Of a stretch of 64,000 nt of DNA, positions 10,901-25,900 are shown in pieces. The notes beneath the pieces were generated by a model. It was not told the origin of the DNA. It ran no database searches and saw nothing but the letters and a program-made list of their open reading frames with translations. This stretch comes from an uncultured Clostridia bacterium. Lineage in GTDB: Bacteria; Bacillota; Clostridia; Christensenellales; UBA1242. Both the position numbers and the translations under genes were made by a program. The stretch spans positions 19,304 to 83,303 of the forward strand of contig CAMEJD010000005.1 in NCBI GenBank assembly GCA_945919375.1, written 5' to 3'. Position 1 is the first letter of the stretch; every line of letters begins with the position of its first letter.

Positions 10901-13900
10901 ATCATCATCTTCTTTTGGAAGTTTTGATTCATCAACTTTAAACAAATGCCTATCAACAGATTTTGGTAAGTAGGATTCATATCTATCAGTTATTGGATAT
11001 GCTTGCGTTTTATAGTTTTCATAGATATCAATATCGGTTATATAACCGTTATATGCGATTAAAGAAATGCCAACATTTTTATCCATTGAGAATTCTCCAT
11101 CTTTTGATGGTTCACCCTTTAACTCAACTTTGTAAAGAACTTCTGTGAATTCATAACGATCTTCACCTTGTTTCTTGCTATTTATGGTACTCTCAAATGA
11201 TAATCTATCCATATGAATTACATTAACTAGGTATGCTTTGTGATAATTATATGAAGTGTATTGTTCTCCATTAACATACGCATTACTGTTTGTCCCAGAG
11301 AATGATTCTGAACTATATTCATATGCATCCACTTTAATATATCCAGAAAGAACCGTTTGCTTGCTGATACCCAATTTTGTTGAAGATCTTTGATAAGTTT
11401 CTTCGTAATATAAATTTGTGTTATTTAGTATACTTGAATCTGATAAGAGTTTTTTGCTGTCAACATTATTCGCTTTTTGTGGAACACGATTGTATGTGAA
11501 TTTGGCAAGCGATAGTGATTTTGTATTTACTTTTATACTTGATGAAAGTGTGCCAACAATTCCATTATTATTTCTATTCCCAATAATGTCATCTGCATAT
11601 GCTTTGTTTGCATAACTTGAGCCACCAATACCGGAATATATAAGCATTCTTTGGTAATATTTCCCACTGTCGTCTATGCTTGTTTCTTGCTTTCCAACAT
11701 AAACATTTTCAACATCTTTGAATTTTGAATTTGTGTCTACAAATCCAACAAAACCGCCTGCGTAAGTTGTTGCATTTTTATTTGATGTTTGAGCATAAAT
11801 GCCTTTTAGGGCTATGCTTACTGTTGACATTAGTTCAACATTTCCATTTTGGTAACCAAATGCTCCACCAACATAAATGTTTTCTTGATTACTTTCGGCA
11901 TCAATTACACTCTTTTTGTAATTTCCGATGGTCACATTTGAAATTTCGGCGATATTGCCCAAGTTTGAACCAACAAGTCCACCAAATATGTTATTGAACG
12001 AATATCTTGCACTTATTTGCATGTCGTTTATTTCAGAGTCTTGCACTGTAAGTGAACCTACATTTGTCCCAACAAAACCACCAATACCAAGATGTCCCGA
12101 ATTTGCGTTAATTAAATCTTTGTATTCATAGCCATTTAGGTCAATATTCAATTTTGCAATATTAGAATTTATGATTGTTACATCACCTTTGTTGTAACCA
12201 ACAAGTCCACCTATTGAATTTGGATATTTGCCTGATTTTGTATTACCTTTTGTATCAATCTTGTAATCTTGTAGGCTATAAGTTACATTAACATTGTCTA
12301 TAATTACTTTTCCGCCGTCTTGGACATTTCCAACAAGTCCGCCGACATTTTTATTGTTATCAAGCGAAATATTTTTGTTGTTTGATGTATATGAGAATTT
12401 AAGATTCTCAATTTCAACATCTCCGGCATAATCAATTAGTGATGGAATAGCAATTTCAGTAAATTGCATTTGTGTTAAACTATACTGGCCTGCTCCAACA
12501 ATTTTTCCATTGAATGGATATTCTTCAGTTCCTAGTGCATATTGAGCACCAACAACTTTTGCATTCACATTGATTATGAATCTTCTTTCAGTTCTATTGA
12601 TTGATTTGATTGATGTTAATTTTATGGTCGTTTGTGCATCTTGTTGATTTTCTATATAACCTGTTTTATCAATATTGTTAATCAATTCTACTGCCTTGTT
12701 GTATAGTTCATATGGTTGAACATTTGTGTTTTCGTTATCAATTGTAATGATCACATCTTTTCCGCTAACTTTAACATTTTCAAGCAAGTCCTTTATATCT
12801 GCTTTCTTGATTTCGTTTGTAAGTTTCCATTCGTCATTTACCTTTTCCCAATCGCCTTGAGTTCCAAAAGCATTTTCAATTTCACTATCGGATGCTGCCG
12901 TTGTTAGTTTGCTGATAGTATTCTTGTCATTATATACAACATTGAATGCTTCAAAAACATTTTGTTCTTTACCTTCTTCATTAGTGTATGTACTATTATC
13001 AAACAAGCCGTAATAATTTTTGCCAGCAACTTCAATTCCTTTATACATTTGATATTTTGACATTGTGTTTGTCAATTTCCCACCATTTGCAGGGAATCCG
13101 ATTGGGTCAAAGTATACATCATAAACATTTAAAGAATCTGAGTTATAGTAATCCTTCCCGCCATAACTTAATGTGTTTAGTGTATAATTTTTGTTTTGTG
13201 ATATTTCTTTTAGTTTGTCAGGTGTAATTGCTCCTGAATCTACCGGCTGTGCCCAACCAATTGGGAATACCCAATCATCTATTGTAATCAATTGTGGAAC
13301 AATATTTGCTGCAACATCTATTGCATTTGGTACAACTAAAGCAATATTTGTCCCAATTACTCCAACTTTTCCTGCTGTTATCAATGAAATAACTTTCTTT
13401 AATATTGCTGTTCCTGCTTTGCTTAATACACTTATCCCCAATGTTTCAAACTCTGAAGTTAAATTAAAATTGTAGCCTGTTACATAAGTTTTTACAGACG
13501 AAACATTTACTCCACTGTTGTTATATTGATTTCCAATATAATATAAATCTTTATTATTTAAATATTCATAACCATTGCCGGCAAAATATCTTTCGTATAA
13601 TGGGAAACTGAAAGCCATTGCTAACGAAGTTGCGGCAATGCCTGCAATAAGACATGTAGCCATAATTGGCTTAGATATTGATTGAACTGGAATTATCGCC
13701 GCCAAATCATGCGCAGTGTCTAATCCTGTTATTACAGCAGCAGTGATACTAATTCTTGTTGCAAATCTCCAAATTTCTGCATCATATACCGAATGTATAT
13801 TCATTGAGTCCATTCCACCATGGATATCTTGAGATAAATTCAAACTGTTTTCAATACTATTGTATGAATTTGCAATACCTGCAGAGTATGCTTTTTGTTG

Positions 13901-16900
13901 TATTCTTGTATATAACAATTTACTATATGAATCAAACCATTCACCCTTTTTATAGTAGTTGTAATATTCTTGGAATTTGTTACTATTTACATAAGTTTTA
14001 ATCCCAAATTGAGATTTTGTTCTTGTGAAACCATTATTTCTGTTAAGTTCGCCATCAATGCTTTCTTTAATATTGTCTTCATTAAATTTGGCATCATCAG
14101 TGAAAACATCGTATGAACCACTATCATTTTTAACCGCATAACCAATTACATTTTCATTTGTGTCATCACGCTTTATGTATGCACCGGTATCTGGGTCTTT
14201 TTTATAACCATCTGTTTCTAGTTGACTTTCTGACATTGTTGTTTCCTTTTCAACTTCATAAGTCAAGAATGAACGATAGTAGTATGCTGCTTGTGAGTTT
14301 ACAGAAGCAAGGTTCTTACAATTCTTAATTGTTCCACCATATCCACTTATCCCACCTGCATAGGTTTCCAAAAACTCAACATGGTTACCTGCAACAATGC
14401 TTACTTCGTTGGTATAGCAATTTGAAATTTCTCCACTTTCCGATTTTCCAACAATCCCACCAGCATATAATGTTTGGTCAGCATTGTTGTTTTTGATATT
14501 ATCAAAAATATGTAAATCACATCCAACAAATGCATCATAAATTTTCCCACCTTTTTGTTGTCCAACAATTCCGCCAACGATATATGTTTTCCCAGTGAGA
14601 GCAGAGCCTTCGGCAAATTGAATAGAGATTTGTGAAAGTCCGTTACCTTTTTCAGAACTTCCACTAATAAATGAGATTGCAGAAACTCTACCACTATTTA
14701 GTACGCCAACTGCACCACCAAATATCCAGTTTATGTTTGGTTTCAATTCAATATTTGCATCACCATCTCCATTACTTTTCAATTGTATTGTACAATTAAG
14801 TATTCCATTTGGAGTGGTATTTGCATCTTCTTTCACATTGCATTCGCCAACAATCAAACCAAGACAATAAGGTCTATCATTTTCTATGCCATTAACTGAA
14901 CCTAAGGAGCTTGACAATGTTTTAACATTGATAACCATTGTAACATTTGTTATCTTTGTTTTTTCTGAAATTGAGTTTGCAAGCAATCCTAAACTTGATA
15001 TTGAGGTAACGTTATTAACAATAACATTATCAAATATAACATTATTTATTGTAGAATTTTGAATATTGCTAAATATTCCACCTTTATTACATGTCATATT
15101 GGCAATAACAAATTGTTCGTTGATATTCTTTTGATAATAATCGAATTTTCTGCCATCAAGATTTACATTGCTGATATCTTTTGAAGTCCAGTTTAACAAA
15201 TTCTTCCTTCCTGATGATATGTATTCTCCATCCATATTATTGTCCAAAACAAAGTATGCTAATGTTGTGTATTGAGCATTTTCTGGTAATTGTTTTAATT
15301 TGCCCAAGTTTGGTACTCTGTATGGATTAGTTTCTTCTCCAGTTCCTGTTGCAAACTTCATATAGTCAATATTTTTATAAGAAACATTTGAGAATGAACC
15401 ATATCCAAAAGCATAATTTTTGTCAATTGCAAAATCTCCATAATATGAATCTACGCTATCATTTGTATTCGCATATGAAACCGCCATACTATCTGTTGGC
15501 TTTCCTAAAGAATTATTGTCATCTGATATATTTGCCTCAATTGCAAATTTATCATAGTATGAATTTGTTGTTTCATTTTCATCAAAAGCAAATCTTTTGT
15601 CCTTTAAAGTTATGGTTTTAAGTTTTCCTTCATCAGAAATCTTTGCAATTGTGTATGAACCATAAACTTTGCCAGGAGCAAACGCATAAACAAGACCATT
15701 ATTATCCTCGTCTTCTTTCTTTGTACTATTGTCAACCGTCCCTGTTGCAAAAGATGTAACGATATAGCCATCATTGTTTCTTGCAAAGCCAGCAAGTGTA
15801 ATATTGGCAGATTCTTTTTCGGATGATGAACTTACGCCCTTGTATGTTGATGAAACATCAAGATACGTGAAACAATTTTTGATTAGGCCGTCATTTGTAT
15901 CAACAAAACCAGCGGCATAACCTTTTGAAGTTACATAACCTCGATTGATACTTTCGGCAAGTGTAGTACCATTTCTATTACCTGCATTGCAAGAATAAAT
16001 TATTCCTTGATTTTTGTATGCAAATCCAGATGCAGATGGTATACCATTTGCCCCTGTTGAGATTGATGTTATATTGTTTATAAGAGAAGTTGTAACAATG
16101 CCCGAAACAAAACTATCTGAATCAATTGTTCCAAATGGCGCCATATTTTTTGTTTGACCTTTACTGCTGTCAAGTTTAAGTATTGCACCATCTCCAACAA
16201 TTGCTGAATTCTTTAATGTTATTGGTGTTGTTTCTGATAATTCAATTATATCAGTTCCCAAATAAATATATTGTTTGCTAACTTCAATTTCTTTTGTTTT
16301 TGCACTTGGCAATCTTGTTGCATAGTTGACTTTTGTCCCCTCAATAAAGTATTCGCTGTCTTTAACTTTTGGATTTAACTTGCCTTTGATTGAATTATTA
16401 AGTAAATCTGCAAGTTTCATGTTTTCTGTTGCACTTGTATGTTCATCTGTGCAAAGTGTGTACACATTTGAATATTTGTTTTGAACTGACTTATCGTCAA
16501 CAATACCTTCTCCTATAATTGCATTGATTGAAGTTCCGTCTTTTCCTATCCTGTTGTCTGCTTTGTTATATAAAGTGCTTATTGAATAGTTGTTTGAAAT
16601 TGTATGATTTGCAACTTCGCTTTCTATCTTCCCTACTATTCCTCCATAAACAAATGATTGATACATATCATATTTTATTGATACATTATCATTGTTTGTT
16701 GTTTGTTCATAATTTGGATAGATACTTCCTGCTGAAATATTGTTTGAAACAACACTTGCATCTTTGCCAAGTTCATCTTGCATATACGCAATAAGCCCAG
16801 AAGTATATAGAACAACCAAGTTCTTTTCATTGTTTTTGCTATCAACTCTCATATCTCCTGTTGTGTAACAATTAAATACTTTTGAGTTCTTTACAAAACC

Positions 16901-19900
16901 AAATGCACCACCCAAGTTAATATCATATGAATATTCAGTCTTTTGTGGTAATGTCAAGTCAATGTCGCCATATACTCTTGATACTGATGCTTGGTCATTT
17001 TCGCTTTCTTGTTTGCTTGTTGCATTTACAATTGAATTGTCAAGATAACCCGCAATTCCACCAATATACAACTTTTGACCTTGTGTTTTGTTGTTTGCAA
17101 GTTTTAAAGATAAGTTTGCATAAACTTTTACATCAAAAACTTGTCCGTTTTCAAGTTTTCCAACAACAAAACCAATATTATTTGTTTTGCTTATGTTATT
17201 TATTGTTATTGAACCTTTGTTTGTTGATTTGTTACCATCTTTTTGTTCATAGTTACCAATTACAATATTTCTAAACGAAGATTCAACACTTTCGCCAACA
17301 ACTCCACCAAAATTATTATTTTGGAAGGTTATGCCACCAATTTCAATGCTTGGTATGAAACTAACATTTGTAAAAGAACATTTTCTACTTTCACCAGCAA
17401 CGCCACCTATTCTTGAATCTTGAATTGATGGAATAATTAACTCTGGCAAAACAACTTCCTTTTTCCCATCCAAGTTTGTATTTGAGTTTGCTACACTTAC
17501 TTCGGCATATTCAACACCACCCAAGAAAGCACCAATGCTGATATTCTTAAATATTGGGTTTGTTTTGCCTTCACCCAAGATTACTTGGTTATCTCTTTTG
17601 TTTGTTATTTCAATGCTTATTGATTTTGAATCGTTGTTCAATATGGATTGAACATTACCTATTACCAAACCAATATAAGATTTGTTTGAATCGTTGCCAA
17701 GATATTCATTTGCAAAATTGATTTTTGAGTTATTTACACTAACATTTATCAAAGAATTTGAGTCATATGACAACTTCCCTTCACCAAACAACAAACCAGT
17801 ATTTATTTTGTTTGGACTGCTCTTTATGTTGATTTGGCAAGATTCGAATGTAATGTTATTAAATTTGCATGAACCTTTTGCCACAGCACACAATACACCA
17901 ACATTAAGGTTTCCGGTATTATATTCTTCAATATTTATACCACTAAATGTCAAACTGTTGAATGATGTGTTATTTGCAGTTCTAACCAAAACAGAAGTAC
18001 TATTCAAACTGCTTGATTGTTTTATACCGTCACTATATTTTACAACAAAGTTACTTAAAGTTGCACCTAGTGTTGTTTCAAACAATGCTCTTGTTTGGTC
18101 GGTTTTGTAAATAAATCCGTATGTTGATTCTGGGTCTTCACCGCCACGAAGTACATTTGAGAATCCAACAATTGGAGCAATGTATCTTGTGATTCCAATA
18201 TAGTGTTCTTTGCCGATGTGAACATTTTCTGGTGAGTTATCAGGTTCAATTATGTATGTAACTTTTCCCGATGACACACTTGTTCTTAACTTTTCTAGAT
18301 CTCTTTGGTTTTTAATTTTTATTGTTTTGTCAAAATATCCAAATACCATATGTGGATAAAGTTCGTCAGTATCTCTTTGCCAAGAATTTGCATCCCAGTT
18401 GTTTGCAAAGAAGATATAGTCAAAGTATTCACCAAATTCATAACCTTCGGCATACTTTGTATTTACGTCTGCTTGGGTTTCTTTTATTCCTTCCCAAGCA
18501 TTTGCAGACGTTGGGTCATTTGCAAAACCATAATTTTGGTCTAGCCTATATGAATCAGAAATTCTTGATTTTGATGTGCTACTTCCGTCTTTTTCATTAT
18601 TGATTATTGGGTCAATGCCGTTTTTGTTTGAGTCAAATATCCAAGATCCCCACAAATTCAAAGCATTCACTCTTTCCAAAATTGTAGTTTTTGCTGTATC
18701 AGTGTTCAAATCTCTACCAACAACACCTGCTGTATATTCTTTTGCTCTAACATCACCGGTTGCATAAACTTCGGTTAGTTTTGTTGCATCGTCATCACCA
18801 GAAAGAATATTAACAATACCAATAATTCCGCCGGCAACTGATGAATTTGTATTTACAACATTCAATTTTGAATATGATTTTTCAATTTTTCCACTTTCTT
18901 GCAAGCCAACAAGTCCACCAACTGCAATTGGGTTATAATTGCTGTTATAGAACAAATCTTTGTTCCCTAATTCAATTGTTGAATTTTCATAATTATGAAT
19001 GCCATTTTCTTCTGTGTAATAACTTAAACTATTCTTTTCAATCAATTCTTGCAAGGTTAAGTTGTTTTCTATGTCAAAGATATTTACATTATCATTTTCT
19101 GACTTAACTTGTCTTAAATACCCTTTATTAATACCAGCAATTCCACCTGCAAAACCATTATATGAATAAAGTCCTTGTTTTGAGTAATCTAAAATAGATT
19201 TTGAATATGGCATAAATTGTATGTCTTGCATTGTTGTTTGTGGTCCAATATATCCCGAGATACCACCAACAGTTCCACCGGTTACTACCATATTCCCAAC
19301 GTTTTTAAGTGCAACACCAGTTGCATTTGAAATTACTGTCACTTCTGTGAACTTGTAATTATCTTTTGTTTGGGCTGTATAATAATCTATAACACCGGCA
19401 ATGCCACCTGCATATGATATGGTTGAATTGTCACCAAATCTCAAATATTTATTAAATGTATCAATTTCACCAATAGTTTTAATTGAAGTTGTGTAATAAG
19501 CAGATGTAACATTGATATTTTCAACTGTGTCGTTAAATAAGTGAGATTCACCTTTAACCAAACCAACAAGTCCACCAACAATGTTTTTACCTCTAATTGT
19601 AACATTGTCCGCTTTATTTAATGCGCTAATATTTACATTGATAATTTTTGAATCAATAATTTGACCTGCAATTGTTCCAACATTTTCAATATTTTTTGCT
19701 TCAATACCAAATATTTCTTTTTCGTTGTTTTGGTCACCAACAACAACATTAAGGTTGATAACAAGTGCACCACCTTCCAACCTGCTGAACAATCCAAAAC
19801 TATCTAAAGATTTATTGTTACCTGAATCAGTTAATGCAAAATTGCTTATTGTAAAGCCATTGCCATCAAGTTTTCCAGTTGCTCTTGTGTTATAACTTCC

Positions 19901-22900
19901 ACTAAGAGTTTTTACTGATGATGTTAAATCATATTTTTCCGAACCTGTTGCCAAGTCATGTAAATCAATATTATCTATTAACCTATAATTACCAAATGCA
20001 ATTGTTTTTGTTGAGTCGTCAACAAATCTATCAACACTCTTGTTTGCAGTTCCAGAAAATGCTTCGTTGAAATCTTTTGCATTTCTAATAAGAATTGGAT
20101 TGTTTATTGAACCATATGCAAAATTATCTACATATGCTGTTTTTGGTTTTGAAAGGTTTTCACTTTCTTTGCTTGTGTATCTTAACGAAACCGCAATATC
20201 ATTTGCACTAACAAGGTCAGGACCTTGAGTTGTCATTTTCCAAATTCCATCATTATATGTTGTCGCAAAGTTAAAACCATAGAAGTATTCTTCAATAATT
20301 ACAGATGACACAGATGTTGCACTTTCGCCATATGCTTTTTGGAATGAGATTGAGTCACTTTCCAAAGCAACTTGGTCATAATAATAGCTGTTTGTGATTG
20401 AATCTTTGTCACTAATGTAATTCCCAAGTTCGTCAACACCAGAGAAATTCATTTGTGTTGTTGTTGAACTGATAATTCTTGAAAGCGACAATGCGTTTTT
20501 GACTTTCCCACCTTGTGTATTTGAGTAAACAAAACCGGCACTTGACCTTCCTGGGTTATTTTGAAGGTTTGTTAAGTTGATATTTGAGTAACAATCACTA
20601 ACATTACCTTTGTTTTGATATACAAAACCTGAAGCAATCCCAGATGTTTCAATTCCAAATCTTGTTGCATGAATATCTGTTTCCAAGGCTTTTACACCTT
20701 TTGAATAACTCATACTGATTGTGCCATTATTGTTGATAACAAAACCAGAAGTTATTGTTGTGTAATTTATTTGAGAATTGTTTATGATTCTTACGTTAGA
20801 AGCAAAACTGCTTGTTATACTACCATTATTTTCATATACAAATCCCGCAATTTCGCCAAAAGAGTTAATTGTAAATACAGGCAAATCATAGTTTGAAGAA
20901 TTGCCACCATAAGAATATCTATATTTGATATCTTTCACACTTCCCGACTTGTCAACTTTATAAACATCAAGTTTTGTTCCGCCAACTCTACTATTTGTTA
21001 TAGTCCCATTGTTATACATAACAAAACCGGCTGTTTTTGCTGTAACTTTTGTGGTTGAATCTGTTGAGATAAGAATTCCTGTTGATTGTTGTCTTATGTC
21101 GGCACTAACATCAAAATAGTTTACAACTTCACTATTTGTAATTATACCATTATTGTTAATTGCCATTGGTGCAACATTGATTTCGCTTGTTTGTGAACTA
21201 TCAATGTTTATTGTACCAATATTGTAAATATTCAAGCGAATATTTTTTAATAATGTATTAGTTTCTACATTTTCAAATAATGTAAAGTTTGTTACACCTT
21301 GTGCAAAACTTACAATAGAGATTGTGTAACCATTTCCATCCAAACTTGCAATACTTGCTGTTGATGCAATTGGTGTATACTCATACAATCTTATATCTCT
21401 CATCAAGATGTAATGCTCTTCACTTTCGGCATTGAATTTTTCCAAGAATTCATCTGCGGTGAAGATTTGAACAGGTTCATCATCATTTAATTCTGCTTTG
21501 ATTTCAATTGTAAAGTAATATTTATAAATAGTTCTGTTGCCGTCTGGCATTTGAACTGGTAATTCAAGCAACATTTTTTGTGAACCAATTGTTTTTCCAA
21601 TATAGTGCAATACGGCATCAGTTCCTTCGCCAACTTCACTAAATTCAACAATATTATTTTCAATATATTTGTTTGTTGTTGAATTATAGATTGGAGTTTT
21701 TGTATCACCATTAACATAATATAAGTTTGACCTTAATACTTTTGCTTTTGATGAATTGCCAAGGGTTTTGTTTACGCCGAATCCGTTTTGACTGTTAGAA
21801 TAGCAATAATTGTTTGAAATAAAGTATTCAAATTGTTTTTGACCATATTTTGTATACTTACCTGCAAAATCAAAGTCAAGTTCGTGTTCAAAGTATATAT
21901 CGCCAAAGGCTTTGTCTTTGCTATTGCTATTTTTTATTGCTGTGTTTTCAATATCAAAATCAAAAGGAATAATATAAATTAACATTTGTGAAGTCAAAGT
22001 TTCTTCAATTCCGTTGATAACTCTTGATGTTTCAACTATCATTGTTACATCTTTGAAACTTGTTTCACTTAGTGTTACTGTAAATGTTCCCTTTTCATAT
22101 GTTGCATCAATATCTTGCCAGTCATTATTAAATAATATTGTTCCAAACCCTGTGTCAACTTCTTTACCATCAACAACAGCTGAAAGTTTGTAATTATTTT
22201 TTAATGTTTGTGATTTATCTTTTATAACTTGAACTGTTAATGTATCACCCAAAAGTGCAAAATATGTTCCACTTTCTCCGTCTATGCTAAGTCCCGGAGT
22301 TACAGGCGGATTTACTAATAATGAATACACTTGTGTATATACTATAATGTTATCTTTATTATATACATTTATATATATATCAAATATTGTGTTTGTTTTG
22401 ATATCTGAAGATGCAAGGGCACGAACATAGAATCTTGAAATATCATTATTAAGATTTGAATTCTTTTTGAAGATTTTTACACCATTTTCAATAAATTCAA
22501 AATTCATAAGTTTGTCTACAAAGTATGCAGATGAGTCACCTTCTTCGTCACCCTTTCTCATACTTAACAATGCTAATTTTTGACCATTAACTGGTTGGCT
22601 TGTCACTGTGATATATTCAAAATTAGCATATGAAGGATAAATCATAACATCCAGCAAACTTGGTTTTGTTGTTGATATTGTGTTTGTTGGATAATAGTTA
22701 TATCTTTCACCCCCAACAACTTTTGAAGTTTCTCTATATGAATAGTTATTTATATCAATTCTAATGATTTCTTGGTCAATTACAACAATTTTTAAATCTA
22801 CATAAACTGATGAATAAATATTCCCCGCATAAAATCTAACAATATAGTATGCCGAATCAATTAAACTTAATTTTTCTTTGTTTAGTTCAATTGACAAATC

Positions 22901-25900
22901 GTAATATGTTGTTTCATTGTTTGTATGGCAAGAATAAACATATGCATTAAATAATCCTAGTTCATTTGATTTGTTTAACATCAAACTTGAACTATCTTGA
23001 CTGAATATTTTTATTCCATTTTCATCAAATATTTCACAAGCAAGTTGTTCATCTTGAACATCCGAGTTGATATTTACTTGGAATTCCAAGGAATCGCTTG
23101 CAGACATATTTACTTCTTTTACGGAAATTGCAATGCTGTTTGGACCTTGCAAAGGTTTTAAAGTTAATGTTTTTAGTGTGTTATTTTTGAGAATTTTTGC
23201 AAAATTATCATTAAGACCATTAAGTCTTAAGTAAATTGACATATTCAAATCATCATCGCTATTTAATGAGATTAAGTGTGTTCCAATTTTATTTCCAACG
23301 ACGTTATTAAGTTTTGTTTCATCGTCTTTATTTTCAAAAACAACATCAAAATCACTTGTTTGCAATGAGAATTTTGTTTGATTTAGGACAATATTTTCAT
23401 CAAGTGAAGTAATAAATTTTTGAGTTGTCCCCTTCTTTAACCCAATTGTATATCCACTTGGCAATGTATAATCATTGTAAGAAATTGTAAAGTTGTTAGT
23501 ATTGTAGATAACCTTTATGTTTATTGTAACAGGGTCAATGCTTCTATCATATTTTGAACTAATAGTCAAAACAGCATCCCCTATGTTGTTTACTTGAAGC
23601 GTTCCATTTGTTAAAGTCAAAATATTTGAATTTGATTCAATATTAAGACCATAAATACCTGAAATACCAAACAAATCTAACAAACTAATTGTATTTTTTT
23701 GTAATAATGCTTTATTTTCTCTTTCGGTCAGTGTTTGAACTGTTTTATTTACAAAAAGAATTGCATTATTTTCATCTTGTTTAAATGAAAGGTTTGTTCT
23801 TTGGATTTGCAAACCTGAGAGTTCACTTGCAGTAATTGGAATAATTCTCTTTACGTCTCTCAAATATGGATAACCAAAGTTTTGTTGCAAGTCACCATTA
23901 TTTAACCAAGTTTCAGAATTGCCAAATTTTACACCATTATATATATAGTTAAAATCTGTGGCTGTTCCCGTTAAGGTTTGTCCATTTTGTTTTGTCATAT
24001 AAAAAGTAAATTCATAAGAATCATTATTTTTGTAAGTTATGTAACAATCTTTGATTACTTTTTTATCATCTACATTTTGTGAAAGTTCGCCAAAAATGTT
24101 TTGTGCAACGCCCAAATTTGCAAAACTTTCTGTAATTTTTGCATTTATACTACTAATTTTCCCAACAAGTCCAATAATGTTTGCATCGTTTGCAATTGCA
24201 TTATTTTTGCCAAAGTTATATGCATATGACTTTGTTATTGTGCCTTTTTCGGCAATTTCTCCAACAAAACCAGCATACACTTGACCTTGCATAGACATTT
24301 GGTTGGCGCCATCCTTTAGGTCATAGAAGATTACTTTGCAATTTTCAATAATACCTGTATTTTTTCCAGCAATTCCACCAACAACCGACAAATTATTACT
24401 GCCAAGAACTGAACCTTGGAAAGTTACATTTGATATTGTGCCATTGTTTTGACCAACAACACCACCAACATATTCACTATCATTTTGAACAAATGAGTAA
24501 TTTTCTTGAGAGTAAGAATCAATTGTAACATTATCAATTTTACCATTGTTTACATTTGCAATTGAACCTGCACCATTTGTTACACTGCATACGACATCAA
24601 AATCTGCAACAACTGCATCCTCACCAATTTCACCAAATATATGAGAATTTAGTGTTAATGTTGCTTTAAAGTTTGAATGTGAGAGTTGTCCATAAAGTCC
24701 ACCATTAAACTTTTCGAATAATTCTGTGTCAACAGTAAGGTTAGATATTGCTGTATAGTGCAAATCTCTGTTTGTAATTTGACTTGCATCAGTAATTCTT
24801 ACAGAAGTTTCTCTTGATTTTCCATCTGCAACTGTTAAATATATTCTGGCAATTGGTGTATTTTCTCTATAGTATGTGTTACCATTTTTGTCCAATAAAA
24901 TTGCATCAGTTGGAACAATTACAATAGTACCCTTGCCACCATATTCGCCAGTTACACTAACAAGACCATCATTTGAAATTGTTATAATATCATTTCTTGT
25001 CCCATTTTCTGGGTAGAAAATATATGAGACATCTTTAACAAGTGCATTTTCAGGAAGCACATCATTTATAATTTTAAAGTTATTATCGTTATACTCATTT
25101 GATATAGATTTTGCTGACAAATATAAATTGTATTCGTTATTTGTTACATCAACATTCGTTGGAATGATTTGTTCTACTCTTTGTGCTTGTTGAATTACAA
25201 AATTGATTTCTTTTACATAGTGTGTCAAATTTCCACCAATATCATTTGCAAAAATATACATTTGAATCAAATTGCTACTATCTTCAATTCTAAAGTTTGC
25301 AGTAACAACATAACTATTACCCAATTTTTCTATAACAAGTTGTGTATCATTATATTGTGGTGAAAAATATTCATAAGGGTTATTTTCATCAACAACTATT
25401 CCACTTTCATAATCAGGAGATTCAGCAAAATAAACTCTATCATATGTTGCTGGAGAATTTGCATCGTTTATCTTTACTGTGAATGTGTATTTTGAAAGTG
25501 CTTTATTTCTTTCGCCGACTTCATTGTAGGCATAAAGTTCAATAACACGGTCACTTATTGTCAATGATTGCACTGGGTTATAAACTTCAACAAGGAAGTA
25601 TTTATCTATTTCACAAGGTACCAATTCATAATTTTCATTAAGCATTGAGCCAACAAAAGTTGCTTTTACCCAAACTTTTCCAAGTTTTAATGTTGTAAGG
25701 TAATCATTTGACCTTAAAACTTCTGTGCTTAGTATATCTGATGATTGCGACATATTAAGTTCTTGAAAATTTAGCCCGTTGAATTTAACATAGTCACTAT
25801 TTTCGTCATAAACATCGTCATTTACCGAAAGTTCTCTATCAAAGAATTCAAACAAAACATTTGAAGTCATATTTGATGTAAATTTAAGTGGGACCATACG

